From an uncultured delta proteobacterium (GTDB taxonomy: Bacteria; Myxococcota_A; Polyangia; Polyangiales; JAFGIB01): a stretch of 64,000 nt of DNA. The stretch lies in contig CAVZVA010000012.1 in the NCBI GenBank assembly GCA_963778655.1, forward strand, positions 1 through 64,000. The letters run 5' to 3'. The position numbers were made by a program, and so were the translations under genes. The notes under the pieces were generated by a model. The model was not told the origin of the DNA, ran no database searches, and worked only from the letters and a program-made list of their open reading frames with translations. Of the stretch, positions 8,453 to 22,392 are shown in pieces (position 1 is the first letter of the stretch; each line of letters starts with the position of its first letter).

Positions 8453-11041
8453 ATGCACGGGTGGGGAGAGTCAGGATCGGCGCGGTGCAGCCGCCGGGCG
8501 CGGTCGCTTGGCGCGTGGATCGCCGTGTGCGCGCTCGGCGCCGGTTGCTCCGCGTACAAGAGCAGCCTGCTCGCCAAGCCCAGCCATGACGCAGCGGTTT
8601 CGGAAGGCGACGGCGCGGTGGCCGGCGGCGATGCGGCCGAAGCGGATGCCGGCATCGACGCGGGCGGCGCGCTCGACGGCGGTCCGGCCGACAGCGGAGC
8701 AACCGAGAGCGGCCCGACCGACAGCGGCTCCACCAACCCGCCGCCGGACGCGGGCAGCTGCGCAGCGGGACAATGCTGGTGGTCGCAGACCAGCGGCGAG
8801 TGCGCGAGCGCGGGCGTGCCGACCCGGGAGGACCGCCCGGCGAGCAGCGGCGACGTCGAGAACCAGGATGTGGACCCGATCTATCTCGGCTGGACGCACG
8901 TGCGGCTCGGCTCCACCGAGCCCGATGGCACCGCCACGGACACCGCCTGGGAGGGCTTCGGCCTCGACCTCGATGGTGTGTGCACCAACTCCAGCACCTG
9001 CCCCAGCATGCAGGGCGTCGTGTCGTGCAAGTCCGCCGGCATGCAGATCCCCTTCGACGGCGAGCTGTGTCGCGACAACACCTTCGCCAGCCTGCAACCC
9101 GTCACCGCCCGCGTGCCCGAGATCGGCCAGCAGTTCGGGCTCAGCGAGGACGTGTTCAACTGCGCGCTGTGGCGCGGTAGCTACAACATCATCATCCGCA
9201 TCAGCGGCTACAACGGCCAGCCCGATGACCCGCACGTGCGCGTCGACTACTACATCTCGGACGGCCTCGAGCAATCCCAGGCCTGGCAGTGCCCGCTCGA
9301 CGGCTACAGCGACATGTATCCGCTGTGGCGGGCTTCCTCCCCCTGGCACATCGACTCGAGCGGGTTGAGCGGCCCCGTCGACACACCCGGACAGCTGCCC
9401 GATTCATTGATCTCCGACAGCGACGCCTACGTGCGCAGCGGCTATCTGGTGAGCTTCGTGCCCGACGGGACGGTGCTGCGCCTGGCGGGCGACGGCATGC
9501 CGTACCGCGGCTTCCCGCTCAAGAGCTACAGCGGCATCTGGGTCGGCAACCTGGAGCAGGGCCAGGATCAGATCTGGCGCATTCACGACGGGCTGGCGGT
9601 CGGACGCACCCGCAGCGACGATCTGATCGAGAGCTTCCGCCAAATCGGCTTCTGCGAAGGCATGGGCTTCGATTCGTTCTACCAGAGCATGGTGCAGTAC
9701 GTGCAGGAGAACGCCGACATCCTGGCCAGCGGCGAGCCCAACCCCGACACGCCGTGCGACGCGATGAGCTTCGGCATTGCATTCGAAGCCTCGCAGCTGA
9801 CGCCGGGCGACGCCGGGCCGATCCTGCCGTTGTTCGAGTGCTGTGCGCCCGGCAAGACCGTACAGGAGTGCAGCGCGGTCTGCGGCGACGGCACGGTCAG
9901 CGGCGACGAAATGTGCGACACCGCGATCAGCGCGGGCCAGCCCGGCGCCTGCCCGAGCAGCTGCGCGCCGATCGACCACTGCAATCCGCAGGCGCTGGTC
10001 GGCAGCGGCTGCGACGCGCACTGCGAGCCGATGCCGGTCACGGCCTTCGTGAGCGGCGACCTGTGCTGCCCGCCTGGCGGCAACGCCGCCAACGACTCCG
10101 ACTGCGTCGCGATGTGCGGCAACGACGTGGTCGAGCCCGGTGAGACCTGCGATCCGAGCTCGAGCTGTCCCGTCTGCAGCTCGAGCAATCCCTGCCTGAC
10201 TGCGGTCACCACAGGCACGCCGCAGACCTGTGATGTAGCGTGCTCGCTGATGCCGGTCACCGCGTGCGCGGGCGGCGATCAGTGCTGCCCGGAGGGCTGC
10301 ACCTATTCGAACGACGCCGATTGCCCGATGGGTTGCGGCGACGGAGTGCTCGACCCCTCTGCCGGCGAGACCTGCGAGGCCGGCACGTCCACGCCGTGTC
10401 CGACCAGCTGCGACGACGGCGACTCCTGCACCAGCGACCAGCAGACCGGCAGCGCCGCCAACTGCAACGTGGTCTGCACCCACACCCCCGTCACCCAGCT
10501 CCAGAACGGCGATGGCTGCTGTCCCGCCGTGGCCAACGCCAACAACAACACCGACAGCGACTGCGCGCCGGTGTGCGGCAACGGCGTGGTCGAGGGCAGC
10601 GAGCAGTGCGACGACGGCAATCAGACCGCGGGCGACGGCTGCGCCGGGTGCATGATCGAGACCCCGCAGCAGATCTGCGTGGTCAAGACCGGCGTCGACG
10701 ACGCCTGCTCGGAGTGCGGCTGCGCGAATTGTCTCAACGAGTCCAACGCCTGCTTTGGGGCCAGCAGCTCCAAGGACGTGATGCTGTGCAAGGCGTTGAT
10801 CGACTGCGGGCGCGCCCACAGCTGCCTCGGCAACGACTGCTACTGCGGCACAGCCGACCTGTTCAGCTGCCTGTTGGGCTTCGGCGACGGCCCCTGCCGC
10901 GCGCAGGTCGAGGCTGCGGCCAAGACCACCGACCCGGCCACGATCTCCACGCGCAGCAGCGACACCAACTATCCCGTCGGCCGTGCCAACGCGCTCGGGA
11001 GCTGCGCCAGCACGAGCTGCGGCAGCGAGTGCGGGCTGTAA
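8453..11041 (+). CDS. Cys-rich lipoprotein with myxobacterial cysteine-rich repeats
   Basis: LGAGC lipobox; repeated CGD/NGxVxxxExCD(D)G units such as CGNGVVEGSEQCDDGNQTAGDGC. Confidence 0.75.
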   Translation: MHGWGESGSARCSRRARSLGAWIAVCALGAGCSAYKSSLLAKPSHDAAVSEGDGAVAGGDAAEADAGIDAGGALDGGPADSGATESGPTDSGSTNPPPDAGSCAAGQCWWSQTSGECASAGVPTREDRPASSGDVENQDVDPIYLGWTHVRLGSTEPDGTATDTAWEGFGLDLDGVCTNSSTCPSMQGVVSCKSAGMQIPFDGELCRDNTFASLQPVTARVPEIGQQFGLSEDVFNCALWRGSYNIIIRISGYNGQPDDPHVRVDYYISDGLEQSQAWQCPLDGYSDMYPLWRASSPWHIDSSGLSGPVDTPGQLPDSLISDSDAYVRSGYLVSFVPDGTVLRLAGDGMPYRGFPLKSYSGIWVGNLEQGQDQIWRIHDGLAVGRTRSDDLIESFRQIGFCEGMGFDSFYQSMVQYVQENADILASGEPNPDTPCDAMSFGIAFEASQLTPGDAGPILPLFECCAPGKTVQECSAVCGDGTVSGDEMCDTAISAGQPGACPSSCAPIDHCNPQALVGSGCDAHCEPMPVTAFVSGDLCCPPGGNAANDSDCVAMCGNDVVEPGETCDPSSSCPVCSSSNPCLTAVTTGTPQTCDVACSLMPVTACAGGDQCCPEGCTYSNDADCPMGCGDGVLDPSAGETCEAGTSTPCPTSCDDGDSCTSDQQTGSAANCNVVCTHTPVTQLQNGDGCCPAVANANNNTDSDCAPVCGNGVVEGSEQCDDGNQTAGDGCAGCMIETPQQICVVKTGVDDACSECGCANCLNESNACFGASSSKDVMLCKALIDCGRAHSCLGNDCYCGTADLFSCLLGFGDGPCRAQVEAAAKTTDPATISTRSSDTNYPVGRANALGSCASTSCGSECGL

Positions 11042-11056
11042 GCGGGCCGGCTGCGG

Positions 11057-11671
11057 CTACGCGGTGAGCGCGCCGGGCTCCGGCTCGCTCTCGTCGTGCG
11101 AGGTGTCGAGCGCAAACGGCGGGTACACGTCGGTCAGCGACGCGTGGTAGACGAACAGCCGCGCGTTCCAGCGCAGCACCGCCAGCTGAAAGCCCCACAG
11201 CGCCCGCGGGTAGCTGGTGGAGACCAGCACGCACAGCGCGGCGATCACCACCACGACCCACGAGACCATGCCGCACAGCAGCAAGACCAGCGCCGACGGC
11301 ACGCTGGTCAGCAGCCGCAGCAAGGCCGAGCCGAGCGTGGGCGTGCCACCCGGCGTGATCTGCACGCGGATGCGCGGCTGCGCGCGCACCGGCAGGCGGT
11401 CGGTGACCAGCGTCAAATACGCAAGCGCTTCGAACAACCAGGCCAGCACGCGCGCGATACGCGGCGCGTCCGAGGCCATGAAATGCTCGCCGCTCTGGCT
11501 GGTGAGCAGCACCGCGGCCACCAGCGGCAGCGCCAGGTAGAACAGGCCGAAGGGCCAGGCGGGGATGCCGAGCGTGCCCGCCACCATCACGACCAGCAAC
11601 CGCACCAGGAGCTGGATGCGGTCGTAGCGCTCGGGCTGCTGGGCGTGGATTTGGACCGGGTGGGGAAGCAT
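11057..11671 (-). CDS. DUF4389-like membrane protein
   Basis: Two hydrophobic repeats ending AYLTLVTDRLP and VYHASLTDVYPPF. Confidence 0.7.
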   Translation of the reverse strand: MLPHPVQIHAQQPERYDRIQLLVRLLVVMVAGTLGIPAWPFGLFYLALPLVAAVLLTSQSGEHFMASDAPRIARVLAWLFEALAYLTLVTDRLPVRAQPRIRVQITPGGTPTLGSALLRLLTSVPSALVLLLCGMVSWVVVVIAALCVLVSTSYPRALWGFQLAVLRWNARLFVYHASLTDVYPPFALDTSHDESEPEPGALTA

Positions 11672-11747
11672 GTGGGCCTCACGGGTCGAGCTGACACGCC
11701 AGGATGACCCGGCGTGCCGGGCGGTGCAACGCGTCGGCTGCAACGTG

Positions 11748-12093
11748 TCACAGGCCAGATTGCGCCAGCGTGCGCGCCAGCGCGGCGTAGAACGCCTTGA
11801 CGTCGAGCCCGCGCGACCAACCGATCTGCGCCCAGTGATCGGTCTGCACCTCGCCGAGCACCGCCCCCCAGCGCTGCGAGACAGGCACGGTGCCGTCGTT
11901 ACGGCCGGCGCGGCGCTGCAAGTACGTGAAGCTGGGCGCCACCAGCGCGTGCACGTCGTGCAGCCCGCCGCCCCCGCTGCCGGTGTAGCCGGGCGTAGCG
12001 GATGCGCGGCCGGTCGGGCACCGCGGCGTTGAAGCGCGCCATGCTCGCGGTGGTGAGGTCGTAGAAGGCGATCAGGTGCAGGCGCTCCGACAT
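11748..12093 (-). pseudogene. C-terminal remnant of a lipase/esterase, frameshifted, N-terminus missing
   Basis: FYDLTTASMARFNAAVPD then, in another frame, NDGTVPV..WG..DHWAQIGW; no GxSxG upstream. Confidence 0.55.
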
Positions 12094-12247
12094 CGATGCG
12101 CGCCAGGGTAGCGCAGGCCCGGGCACAGTGGAGCGGGCCGTGCGAGACGTCACGCGCGCTCGGCGCTGGCGGCCGAAGAGGCCACGCGCTACCTTGGCGC
12201 GCCCCGCGCGCGAGACCCCAAGCTGCCGCGCGCGGCGCCCTGCCGTG

Positions 12248-13084
12248 GTGCACGACGACCCCAAAGCGTCCGCCCCCGTGGTTTCGGTGGTGATCTGTGT
12301 GATCGACCCGCACCCGGTGTATTTCCCGCTGGCAGTGGCGTCGATCCTCGAGCAGAGCCTGCGCGAGCTCGAGCTGATCATCGTGGAGGAGCCGTCGTCG
12401 GCCAGCGCCGGCGAGCTGCTGCGGCGCTTCGACGATCCGCGCATCCGCCACCTCAGCCATGAAACCCGCACCACGCTGGTGGAGCAACGCAACCGCGGCA
12501 TCGAGCACGCGCGCGCCGAGCTGATCGCCGTGCTCGACGCCGACGACGTGGCCGAGCCGACGCGCCTGGCCGAGCAGGTGGCGTTCATGCAGGAGCACCC
12601 AGAGGTCGGCGTGCTCGGCACGCAGCTGCGCTTGATCGACCCGGCCGGCGAGACGATCGGCTTTCGCCGCTACCCGGTCGAGCCGCGCGCGGTGACGGCT
12701 GCGCTCGAGCGCTACAACACGATCGGCCAGCCCTCGGTGATGTACCGCAAGTCGGTGGTGCAGGCCGCGGGCGGCTATCGCTACAGCCGCTATCCCGCCA
12801 CCGAGGACTACGAGCTGTGGTGCCGGCTGGGCAGCGCGGGCGTGCAGCTCGCCAACCTCGAGCGCGCGCTGGTGCGCTACCGCATCCATCCGGGCGGCAT
12901 GAAGACGCAGAAGCTGCACGGCATCCTGCGCGGCACCATTGAGCTGAAGGAAACCTACTTCGGCGGACGCATGTCGCTGCGCGCCAAGCTGCGCCTGCTG
13001 GGCGAGCGCGCGCTGCTGCGCTTGCCGCCGGCGCTGGTGTTGTGGCTATTCGTGCACACCAGCACGCGCTCCGGGACGGCGTGA
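12248..13084 (+). CDS. Glycosyltransferase family 2
   Basis: VSVVI..SILEQS..IIVEE, RNRGI, LDADD (DxD), EDYELW; start uncertain. Confidence 0.85.
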   Translation: MHDDPKASAPVVSVVICVIDPHPVYFPLAVASILEQSLRELELIIVEEPSSASAGELLRRFDDPRIRHLSHETRTTLVEQRNRGIEHARAELIAVLDADDVAEPTRLAEQVAFMQEHPEVGVLGTQLRLIDPAGETIGFRRYPVEPRAVTAALERYNTIGQPSVMYRKSVVQAAGGYRYSRYPATEDYELWCRLGSAGVQLANLERALVRYRIHPGGMKTQKLHGILRGTIELKETYFGGRMSLRAKLRLLGERALLRLPPALVLWLFVHTSTRSGTA

Positions 13085-13090
13085 GCGCGA

Positions 13091-14221
13091 CTACGAGTTG
13101 ACCCTACCGCCACCGCCGATCAGCCGTGCGTACATGCCGGTCAAGCGCGGAGCCATCACCTCCCAGTTGTAGCGGGCGACGAAGGCGGCGTGGGCATTGC
13201 GGCACAGGCGCGCGTAGGACGCGTCGTCGGCCAGCGTGCCGAGCGCGCGCGAAAGCGCAGTGGCATCGCCATAGGGCACGACCAAACCGCACTGCTCCTC
13301 GCGCACGATCTCGGCCATCACCGTGTCATCCGACACGATCGCGGGCTTGCCGAACTTCATCGCGTCGAACAGCTTGTTGGGCGAGGCGAAGCGGTTGTTG
13401 CGGAAGCGGGTGTCGTAGAGCGCGAGCACCGCCTTGCAGCGCGCCGTGCGCTCCATCACCTCGGCCGGTGGAATGCGACCCAGCAGCTCCACGCGGCCGG
13501 CCTCGGCCGCGCCGCGATACGCGGGCATCAGCGGGCCGTCACCGGCGAACACTACCCGCAGGCCGCTTTGCGCCAGCGCCGGCAGCGCGTAGCGCATGTC
13601 GCGGTTGGCGTCGAGGTTGCCCGCGTAGAACAGGCCCTCGCCGGTCTCCGCGCACAGCTGCGCGCCCGCGACGTCGGGCACGTTCATCACCACCGCGGTC
13701 TTGTCGCGGTTGATGCCGGGCAGCGTCTCGAAGCTGCGATTCACGACGATCTGGCCGTCGACCGCGGCGTACACCGCGCGGTCGAGCGCCTGCACCACGC
13801 GCTCGGCGCTGCGCTGCGCGAAGAAGCTCGAGTACAGGTCGTGCATGTCGTAGAGCACGGGCGCGCGCAGCAGCGGCCGCAGCGCGAGCCCCAGCAGCAC
13901 CGTGTCCATGTCGTGGCAGTGGATCAGCGCGAAGCGCGTGCGGCGGTGCAGCGCGAGCACGCGCGCGACGGCCTTGGCGTAGTAGCCGGTGAGCGCGGGG
14001 CCGACCGAGGCCGCGCGCCCTGGCACCACCCGGCCGGCGCGCACGCGCAGCACGCGGATGCGGTCGATCTGCTGCTCGCGCGGTCTGCTCTGCTCGCGGT
14101 CCAGGCACACGATCGTGACGGCATAGCCCGCGGCGGTCAGCGTGCGCGCTTCCTTGTGCACGCGCGGATCCGGCGCGAAGCCGTTCGCCAGCAGCATCAG
14201 GGTGTGGACGGCCTCGCTCAC
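13091..14221 (-). CDS. Glycosyltransferase family 4
   Basis: DPRVHKEA, IHCHD, YDMHD, PNKLFDAMKFGKPAIVSD. Confidence 0.85.
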   Translation of the reverse strand: MSEAVHTLMLLANGFAPDPRVHKEARTLTAAGYAVTIVCLDREQSRPREQQIDRIRVLRVRAGRVVPGRAASVGPALTGYYAKAVARVLALHRRTRFALIHCHDMDTVLLGLALRPLLRAPVLYDMHDLYSSFFAQRSAERVVQALDRAVYAAVDGQIVVNRSFETLPGINRDKTAVVMNVPDVAGAQLCAETGEGLFYAGNLDANRDMRYALPALAQSGLRVVFAGDGPLMPAYRGAAEAGRVELLGRIPPAEVMERTARCKAVLALYDTRFRNNRFASPNKLFDAMKFGKPAIVSDDTVMAEIVREEQCGLVVPYGDATALSRALGTLADDASYARLCRNAHAAFVARYNWEVMAPRLTGMYARLIGGGGRVNS

Positions 14222-14350
14222 GGCGCGGCAGGGTACGCGGGCGCCTGCAGCCCAGCAAGACCGCGCGCTCAGAACGCGCCGGCCAGGCCGGCGACCACAC
14301 CGCCCGCCGGCCCGCGCGCACGATCGCGCCCCGCGCGAGCCCGACCCAAT

Positions 14351-15145
14351 CTAATATGGAGGCGCGTTGCCGCGCAGCGCGAAGAAGGCGCGTCGCAGCG
14401 TGCGCTCGAGCGTGCCGTCGAGATGGTGGCGCGCGTCCGGGCCGCGCCGCTCGGAGCCGATGTAGAGCACGCCCCGCGAGGGACGGCCGCCCAGCAGCAG
14501 CTCCTCACACTCGTAGGGCTCCTGCGCGCGGATCTTCTGCCACGCCCGGATCATGCCCTCGCTCCACGCGATGTCGTCGTGCACCACGATCCCGCGCTCG
14601 GCGATGCGCGCCATCGCCAGGCGATGGTATTGCAGGGTCGGCCCTTCCAGGTGGTGGCCGTCGATGAAGACCAGATCGAGCTTGGTCGTGTCGCCTTCGA
14701 AGAAAGGCGCCACGGTCTGCTCGAACTGACCGACGCGCACGTCGAATGACACGTTGCGCAGGCCGTGCTCGCCGATCAGCGCGTTCATGTGATGCCGCGC
14801 GAGCTCCGCGCTGTCCGCGTGTCCTTCGAACGTGGTCAGGTGCCCTCCGCTCGCCTCGCTCATGCCCACGAGCAGATACATGCCCGAGATGCCCACGCAG
14901 GTCCCGAGCTCGACCACCTGGATCGGCCCACCCCGGCGCTGTCCCGCGGTGGCGGCCAGTCGCGAAAGCCACAGCCCCTGGCTGCGCCGCGTCGAGGCCG
15001 AGAACAGCTTGAGCGCCGACGCCGACACGTACGGCTCGCCGCCGGCGACGCCGCCCAGCAGCCCCGCGCGCAGCGGGATCTGCCAGCGCTTGCGGGCGAT
15101 GGCGGTGAGCAGCGCGCGGTTCTTGATCTTCGCCAGCTCCGCCAT
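14351..15145 (-). CDS. Class I SAM-dependent methyltransferase (Methyltransf_24-like)
   Basis: VVELGTCVGISG, DLVFIDGHH, VVHDDI. Confidence 0.75.
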   Translation of the reverse strand: MAELAKIKNRALLTAIARKRWQIPLRAGLLGGVAGGEPYVSASALKLFSASTRRSQGLWLSRLAATAGQRRGGPIQVVELGTCVGISGMYLLVGMSEASGGHLTTFEGHADSAELARHHMNALIGEHGLRNVSFDVRVGQFEQTVAPFFEGDTTKLDLVFIDGHHLEGPTLQYHRLAMARIAERGIVVHDDIAWSEGMIRAWQKIRAQEPYECEELLLGGRPSRGVLYIGSERRGPDARHHLDGTLERTLRRAFFALRGNAPPY

Positions 15146-15298
15146 AAAACGGGCGAGCAAGCTATCACGCCGGGATCGGGTGAACAAGGCACGGGCCGGT
15201 TACGTCCCCCCCGCACGCGCGCCGCTCGATCTGCGGCGCGCGTGCTTCGGGCAAGGCGACGCGCGCGGAGCGCGCCGGTACACGGCCGCGCGGGCGGC

Positions 15299-17236
15299 CT
15301 ACGCGCTGGCTTGCAACCCGTCGGCCTGCACAGCGGCTCGCGGCCGCGTGCGAAGCTGCACGCGCTCGCTTCCAGCAACAGCACCCTCGCGCGCGGCCTG
15401 CTCGGCGCGCGCGATCTCGGCCTGCTGCGCAGCGCTGGGCTTGAGCCAGCCCTCCACGCGCTCGCGCCAGCCGCCGAGCGCCGCAGGCAGCATGTCCATG
15501 CCCTCGCTGGCGGCCCACAGCCCGACCGCCGGCAAGTACGGCGCCACGCGGCGCAAGTTCGCCGCCGCCTTGGGCACGCGCTTGGTCGCGAGCTCGCGCG
15601 CTGCCTCGGCGGCGCGCTGCGCGTGTACGCGCGCGCGCCCCAGCGGTGACTTGCCGACCAGCGGGCCGATCTCCTGGATCAGGTCCGCGCCGGTGCCGCA
15701 CATGCGGTGCGGCGCGCGGTACAGCGCGCTGCCGTAGCGCGAGCCCGCCAGGAATGCCTGCGCCTGCTCCCGCGTGATGCCGTGCTCGGCGAGCGCCTGC
15801 TCCATCTCCTGCTGCGCGCGCTGGCGCGCCTTGAACAGGAACATCTGCACGCGCGAGTAGAAGTTCACCGCGCCTTCGCCGCTGGTCTCCACCGCGCAGA
15901 AGATCGCCTCGGGATACAGCGCCGTGACCACGCTCTGCACGCCGTCCGACACGCCGGAGCTCGGCATGCAGCCGAAGGGCTTGACGCTCAGCGTCATGTG
16001 CGCCTTCTGCTTGACCACGTTCAGGATCAGCTTCGCGACCTCCATGTGGCCCTCGCCGCCGCGCAGCTCCTGGTTGTAGTGGCTGTGGCCGACCTTGGCC
16101 ACCTCGTCCATGTCCGGCAGCGGGAAGCGCTTGAGCCCGACCGCCTGCGCGAACACCTGGAACACCGTGCGCAGCGCGATCTCGCCCACCCACAGCCCGG
16201 CCATGCGCAGGCCCACGTCCGCGTCGCGCAGCCCGAACTGCCCGCCGTCCTCGTCCTTGAGCCGGATGCGCTCCTCGGTGTCGTGGCGGATCTCCCACAG
16301 GTTGTACAGCAGCAAGAACGCCAGGATCTGGATCTCGTTCTCCCCGCCCTCCTGCTCCACGAAGTGCTGCAGGTGATAGTTGCCGTCGCCCTCGGTGGTC
16401 ATCGCCCAGAACTCACCGAGGATGCTGACCTTGGGCTTGGCCTGGGTGCGGTCGACCTGGACACCCTGCAGGATCTTGCGTCCGCGCCGCAGCGCCATGA
16501 TCACGCTCTTCTGGCTCGCGAGCGCCTCGTACACGCCGCGCTTGACCTCCATGAGCGCGCGGTCGGCCGCGCCCGGCTCCACCTCGTACGGCCTGATGCG
16601 GTAGCCCATCACGTTGATCACGTCGCCCGCGAACAGCGCGCGCGCGATCGCCAGGAAGAACGGCGGGTCGAGCGGCAGCCCCAGCTCCTCGCCCGAGGCT
16701 TGCTTCAGCCCGCCGGTCTGCTGGAACAGCATCACGCGGAAGCCGTCGAAGCCCGCGTCGCGCAGCGCCTTCCTGTACTCGGTCACGTACATGCCGAAGC
16801 GGCACGGCCCGCACGCGCCCGCGGTCAGGAATACGAAGTGCTTGATGATGTGCTCGCTGCTCATCCCCTCTTCATCGCGCAGCCGGCACAGCTCCTTGAC
16901 CAGGTTGCCGACCGTGAAATAGGTCGGGTTGCACTGGCTGACGTTGCCGAACTCCTTGCCGAAGCGCAGCGAGTCGTTGTCCGGGCACTCGAGCTTGCGG
17001 CAGTTGTAGCCCAGGCCCTTGAGCGCGCCCTCGACCAGGTAGTCGTGCGCCATGGTCAGCCCGCCCACCAGCAGCGTGGTGTGCGGCCGCTCCTTGGCGG
17101 TGAACTGCGGGTCGATCATCTTGTCGGTCCACTGCTCGGCATTGTGCTCGAGCCCCAGCCGCGCGCGCTCCTCGGCCTCGAAGCGGGCCAGCTCTTCTTC
17201 GACGTCGATCTCGTTGTCGTTGACGTTCGCGTTCAT
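15299..17236 (-). CDS. 2-hydroxyacyl-CoA dehydratase-like Fe-S reductase subunit (PlsR-like)
   Basis: QCNPTYFTVG, GACGPCRFGMY, KPFGCMP Cys motifs; directly downstream of the activase gene. Confidence 0.7.
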   Translation of the reverse strand: MNANVNDNEIDVEEELARFEAEERARLGLEHNAEQWTDKMIDPQFTAKERPHTTLLVGGLTMAHDYLVEGALKGLGYNCRKLECPDNDSLRFGKEFGNVSQCNPTYFTVGNLVKELCRLRDEEGMSSEHIIKHFVFLTAGACGPCRFGMYVTEYRKALRDAGFDGFRVMLFQQTGGLKQASGEELGLPLDPPFFLAIARALFAGDVINVMGYRIRPYEVEPGAADRALMEVKRGVYEALASQKSVIMALRRGRKILQGVQVDRTQAKPKVSILGEFWAMTTEGDGNYHLQHFVEQEGGENEIQILAFLLLYNLWEIRHDTEERIRLKDEDGGQFGLRDADVGLRMAGLWVGEIALRTVFQVFAQAVGLKRFPLPDMDEVAKVGHSHYNQELRGGEGHMEVAKLILNVVKQKAHMTLSVKPFGCMPSSGVSDGVQSVVTALYPEAIFCAVETSGEGAVNFYSRVQMFLFKARQRAQQEMEQALAEHGITREQAQAFLAGSRYGSALYRAPHRMCGTGADLIQEIGPLVGKSPLGRARVHAQRAAEAARELATKRVPKAAANLRRVAPYLPAVGLWAASEGMDMLPAALGGWRERVEGWLKPSAAQQAEIARAEQAAREGAVAGSERVQLRTRPRAAVQADGLQASA

Positions 17237-17252
17237 GACCGATTCTCCGTGT

Positions 17253-20873
<3,621 letters not shown>

Positions 20874-20924
20874 GCGAGGTACCTCGGGAGCTGCGGGGTG
20901 CTATCAGGCGGCGCTGCGGACAGA

Positions 20925-20943
20925 ACGCTGACGTCAGCGTCAG
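20925..20943. promoter_or_regulatory. Palindromic operator upstream of the activase operon (possible TetR site)
   Basis: Perfect 16-bp palindrome ACGCTGACGTCAGCGT next to a minus-strand TATACT. Confidence 0.5.
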
Positions 20944-21042
20944 TATAGACACCCAGCAGGGGGCCGGCGTCAAGTCCCGGGGCCGCTAAAGCCGCTTTTC
21001 GCACGGCTTGCCACGAACTGCGTATCCTCGTAGCATAAACGT

Positions 21043-21345
21043 ATGAAGCCCAAGCGCAGGCTCAGCGCTTCGGTCGACGCCGACCTGGTCGCGGCGGCCG
21101 AGTCCGCGGCGCGTCGCGGCGACAGCCCCACGGTGAGCGCGTGGGTCAACGACGCGTTGCGCCTCAAGCTCGAGCACGATCGCCGCGTGCAGGCGCTGGC
21201 CGCGTTCATCGACGCCTACGAGACCGAGCACGGCACGATCTCCTCCGACGAGATCGAGCAGGCCACCCGCGCGGCCCGCGCCAAGGCGCTTCCGGTGCGC
21301 GCGCTCGGCTCGCCCGCGCGGAGCGCGGACAAACGCCGGAGGTGA
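21043..21345 (+). CDS. Putative ribbon-helix-helix antitoxin
   Basis: KRRLSASVDADLVAAA..VSAWVNDALR; directly upstream of a PIN-like gene. Confidence 0.7.
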   Translation: MKPKRRLSASVDADLVAAAESAARRGDSPTVSAWVNDALRLKLEHDRRVQALAAFIDAYETEHGTISSDEIEQATRAARAKALPVRALGSPARSADKRRR

Positions 21346-21348
21346 GCG

Positions 21349-21729
21349 GTGGCGCTGATCCTCGATGCCGGCGCCTTCCTCGCCGTCGAACGCGCGGACC
21401 GGCAGGTCATGGCGCTGCTCAAGGGCGAGTTGCTCGCGCGGCGCGCGCCGAAGACGCATGGCGGGGTCGTGGCGCAGGTCTGGCGCGGGGGTGGCGCCCG
21501 GCAAGCGAGCCTCGCGCGCTTGCTCGCGGCCACCGACGTGGTGCCGCTCGACGAGCAACTGGGGCGCCGCGCCGGGGTGCTGCTCGGTCGAGCCGGCCAG
21601 CGGGATGCCATCGACGCCGGCGTCGTGCTGCTTTCGGTGGACGGAGACAGCATCCTGACGTCGGACGCCGGCGAGCTCCGGGCGCTCGCCATGGCAGCCG
21701 CCGTGCACGTCGACATCGTGCCGGTGTGA
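21349..21729 (+). CDS. PIN-domain (VapC-like) toxin
   Basis: LILDAGA..VVAQVWR..DAIDA..ILTSD acidic pattern, 126 aa. Confidence 0.7.
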   Translation: MALILDAGAFLAVERADRQVMALLKGELLARRAPKTHGGVVAQVWRGGGARQASLARLLAATDVVPLDEQLGRRAGVLLGRAGQRDAIDAGVVLLSVDGDSILTSDAGELRALAMAAAVHVDIVPV

Positions 21730-21745
21730 GTCGCGAGCGAATCCC

Positions 21746-22375
21746 ATGGCACGCCAGAGCCCCGAGAAGAAGGAACAGCGCCGCCAGCAGATCCTCGACT
21801 GCGCGCGCGAGGCGTTCGCCGAGAAGGGCTACCAGGCGGTCACGGTCGACGACGTGGTGGCGCGGGCCGAGATCGCGCGCGGCACCTTCTACCTGTACTT
21901 CGACGACAAGCGCGCGGTGCTCGACGCGCTGGTCGACGAGTTCCTGCAGCGCATCGCGTCGGCGATCGTGGGCATCGACATCGCGCACGCGGCCGAGTCC
22001 CCGCGGCAGCAGCTGCGCAGCAACATCGAGCGCATCGTGCGGCTCGCGCTCTCGGAGCCGGCCATGCTCAAGATCGCGCTGCACGACGCCACCGGCCTCG
22101 ACCCGGCCTTCGACGCCAAGATCCGCTCCTTCTACGAAGCGCTGCGCAAGCTGCTCGGCGAGAGCCTGGAAGAAGGCCAGCAGAACGGCATCGTGCGCGC
22201 CGGCGACCGCACGGTGATGGTCTCGATCGGCCTGGGCGGCCTGCGCGAGCTGGTGCTCGACGCCGCCGCCGGCACCATCGACCGCAGCCCCGAGGCGCTG
22301 GTCGACGAGCTGATGCGCTTTTTGGATTACGGGTTGCTGGTGGAGGGCCGCGCCAACCAGGTACGGGGGAAATAG
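21746..22375 (+). CDS. TetR/AcrR family transcriptional regulator
   Basis: ILDCAREAFAEKGYQAVTVDDVVARAEIARGTFYLYFDDK. Confidence 0.9.
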   Translation: MARQSPEKKEQRRQQILDCAREAFAEKGYQAVTVDDVVARAEIARGTFYLYFDDKRAVLDALVDEFLQRIASAIVGIDIAHAAESPRQQLRSNIERIVRLALSEPAMLKIALHDATGLDPAFDAKIRSFYEALRKLLGESLEEGQQNGIVRAGDRTVMVSIGLGGLRELVLDAAAGTIDRSPEALVDELMRFLDYGLLVEGRANQVRGK

Positions 22376-22392
22376 GAAACAGGAGCTTCCCC

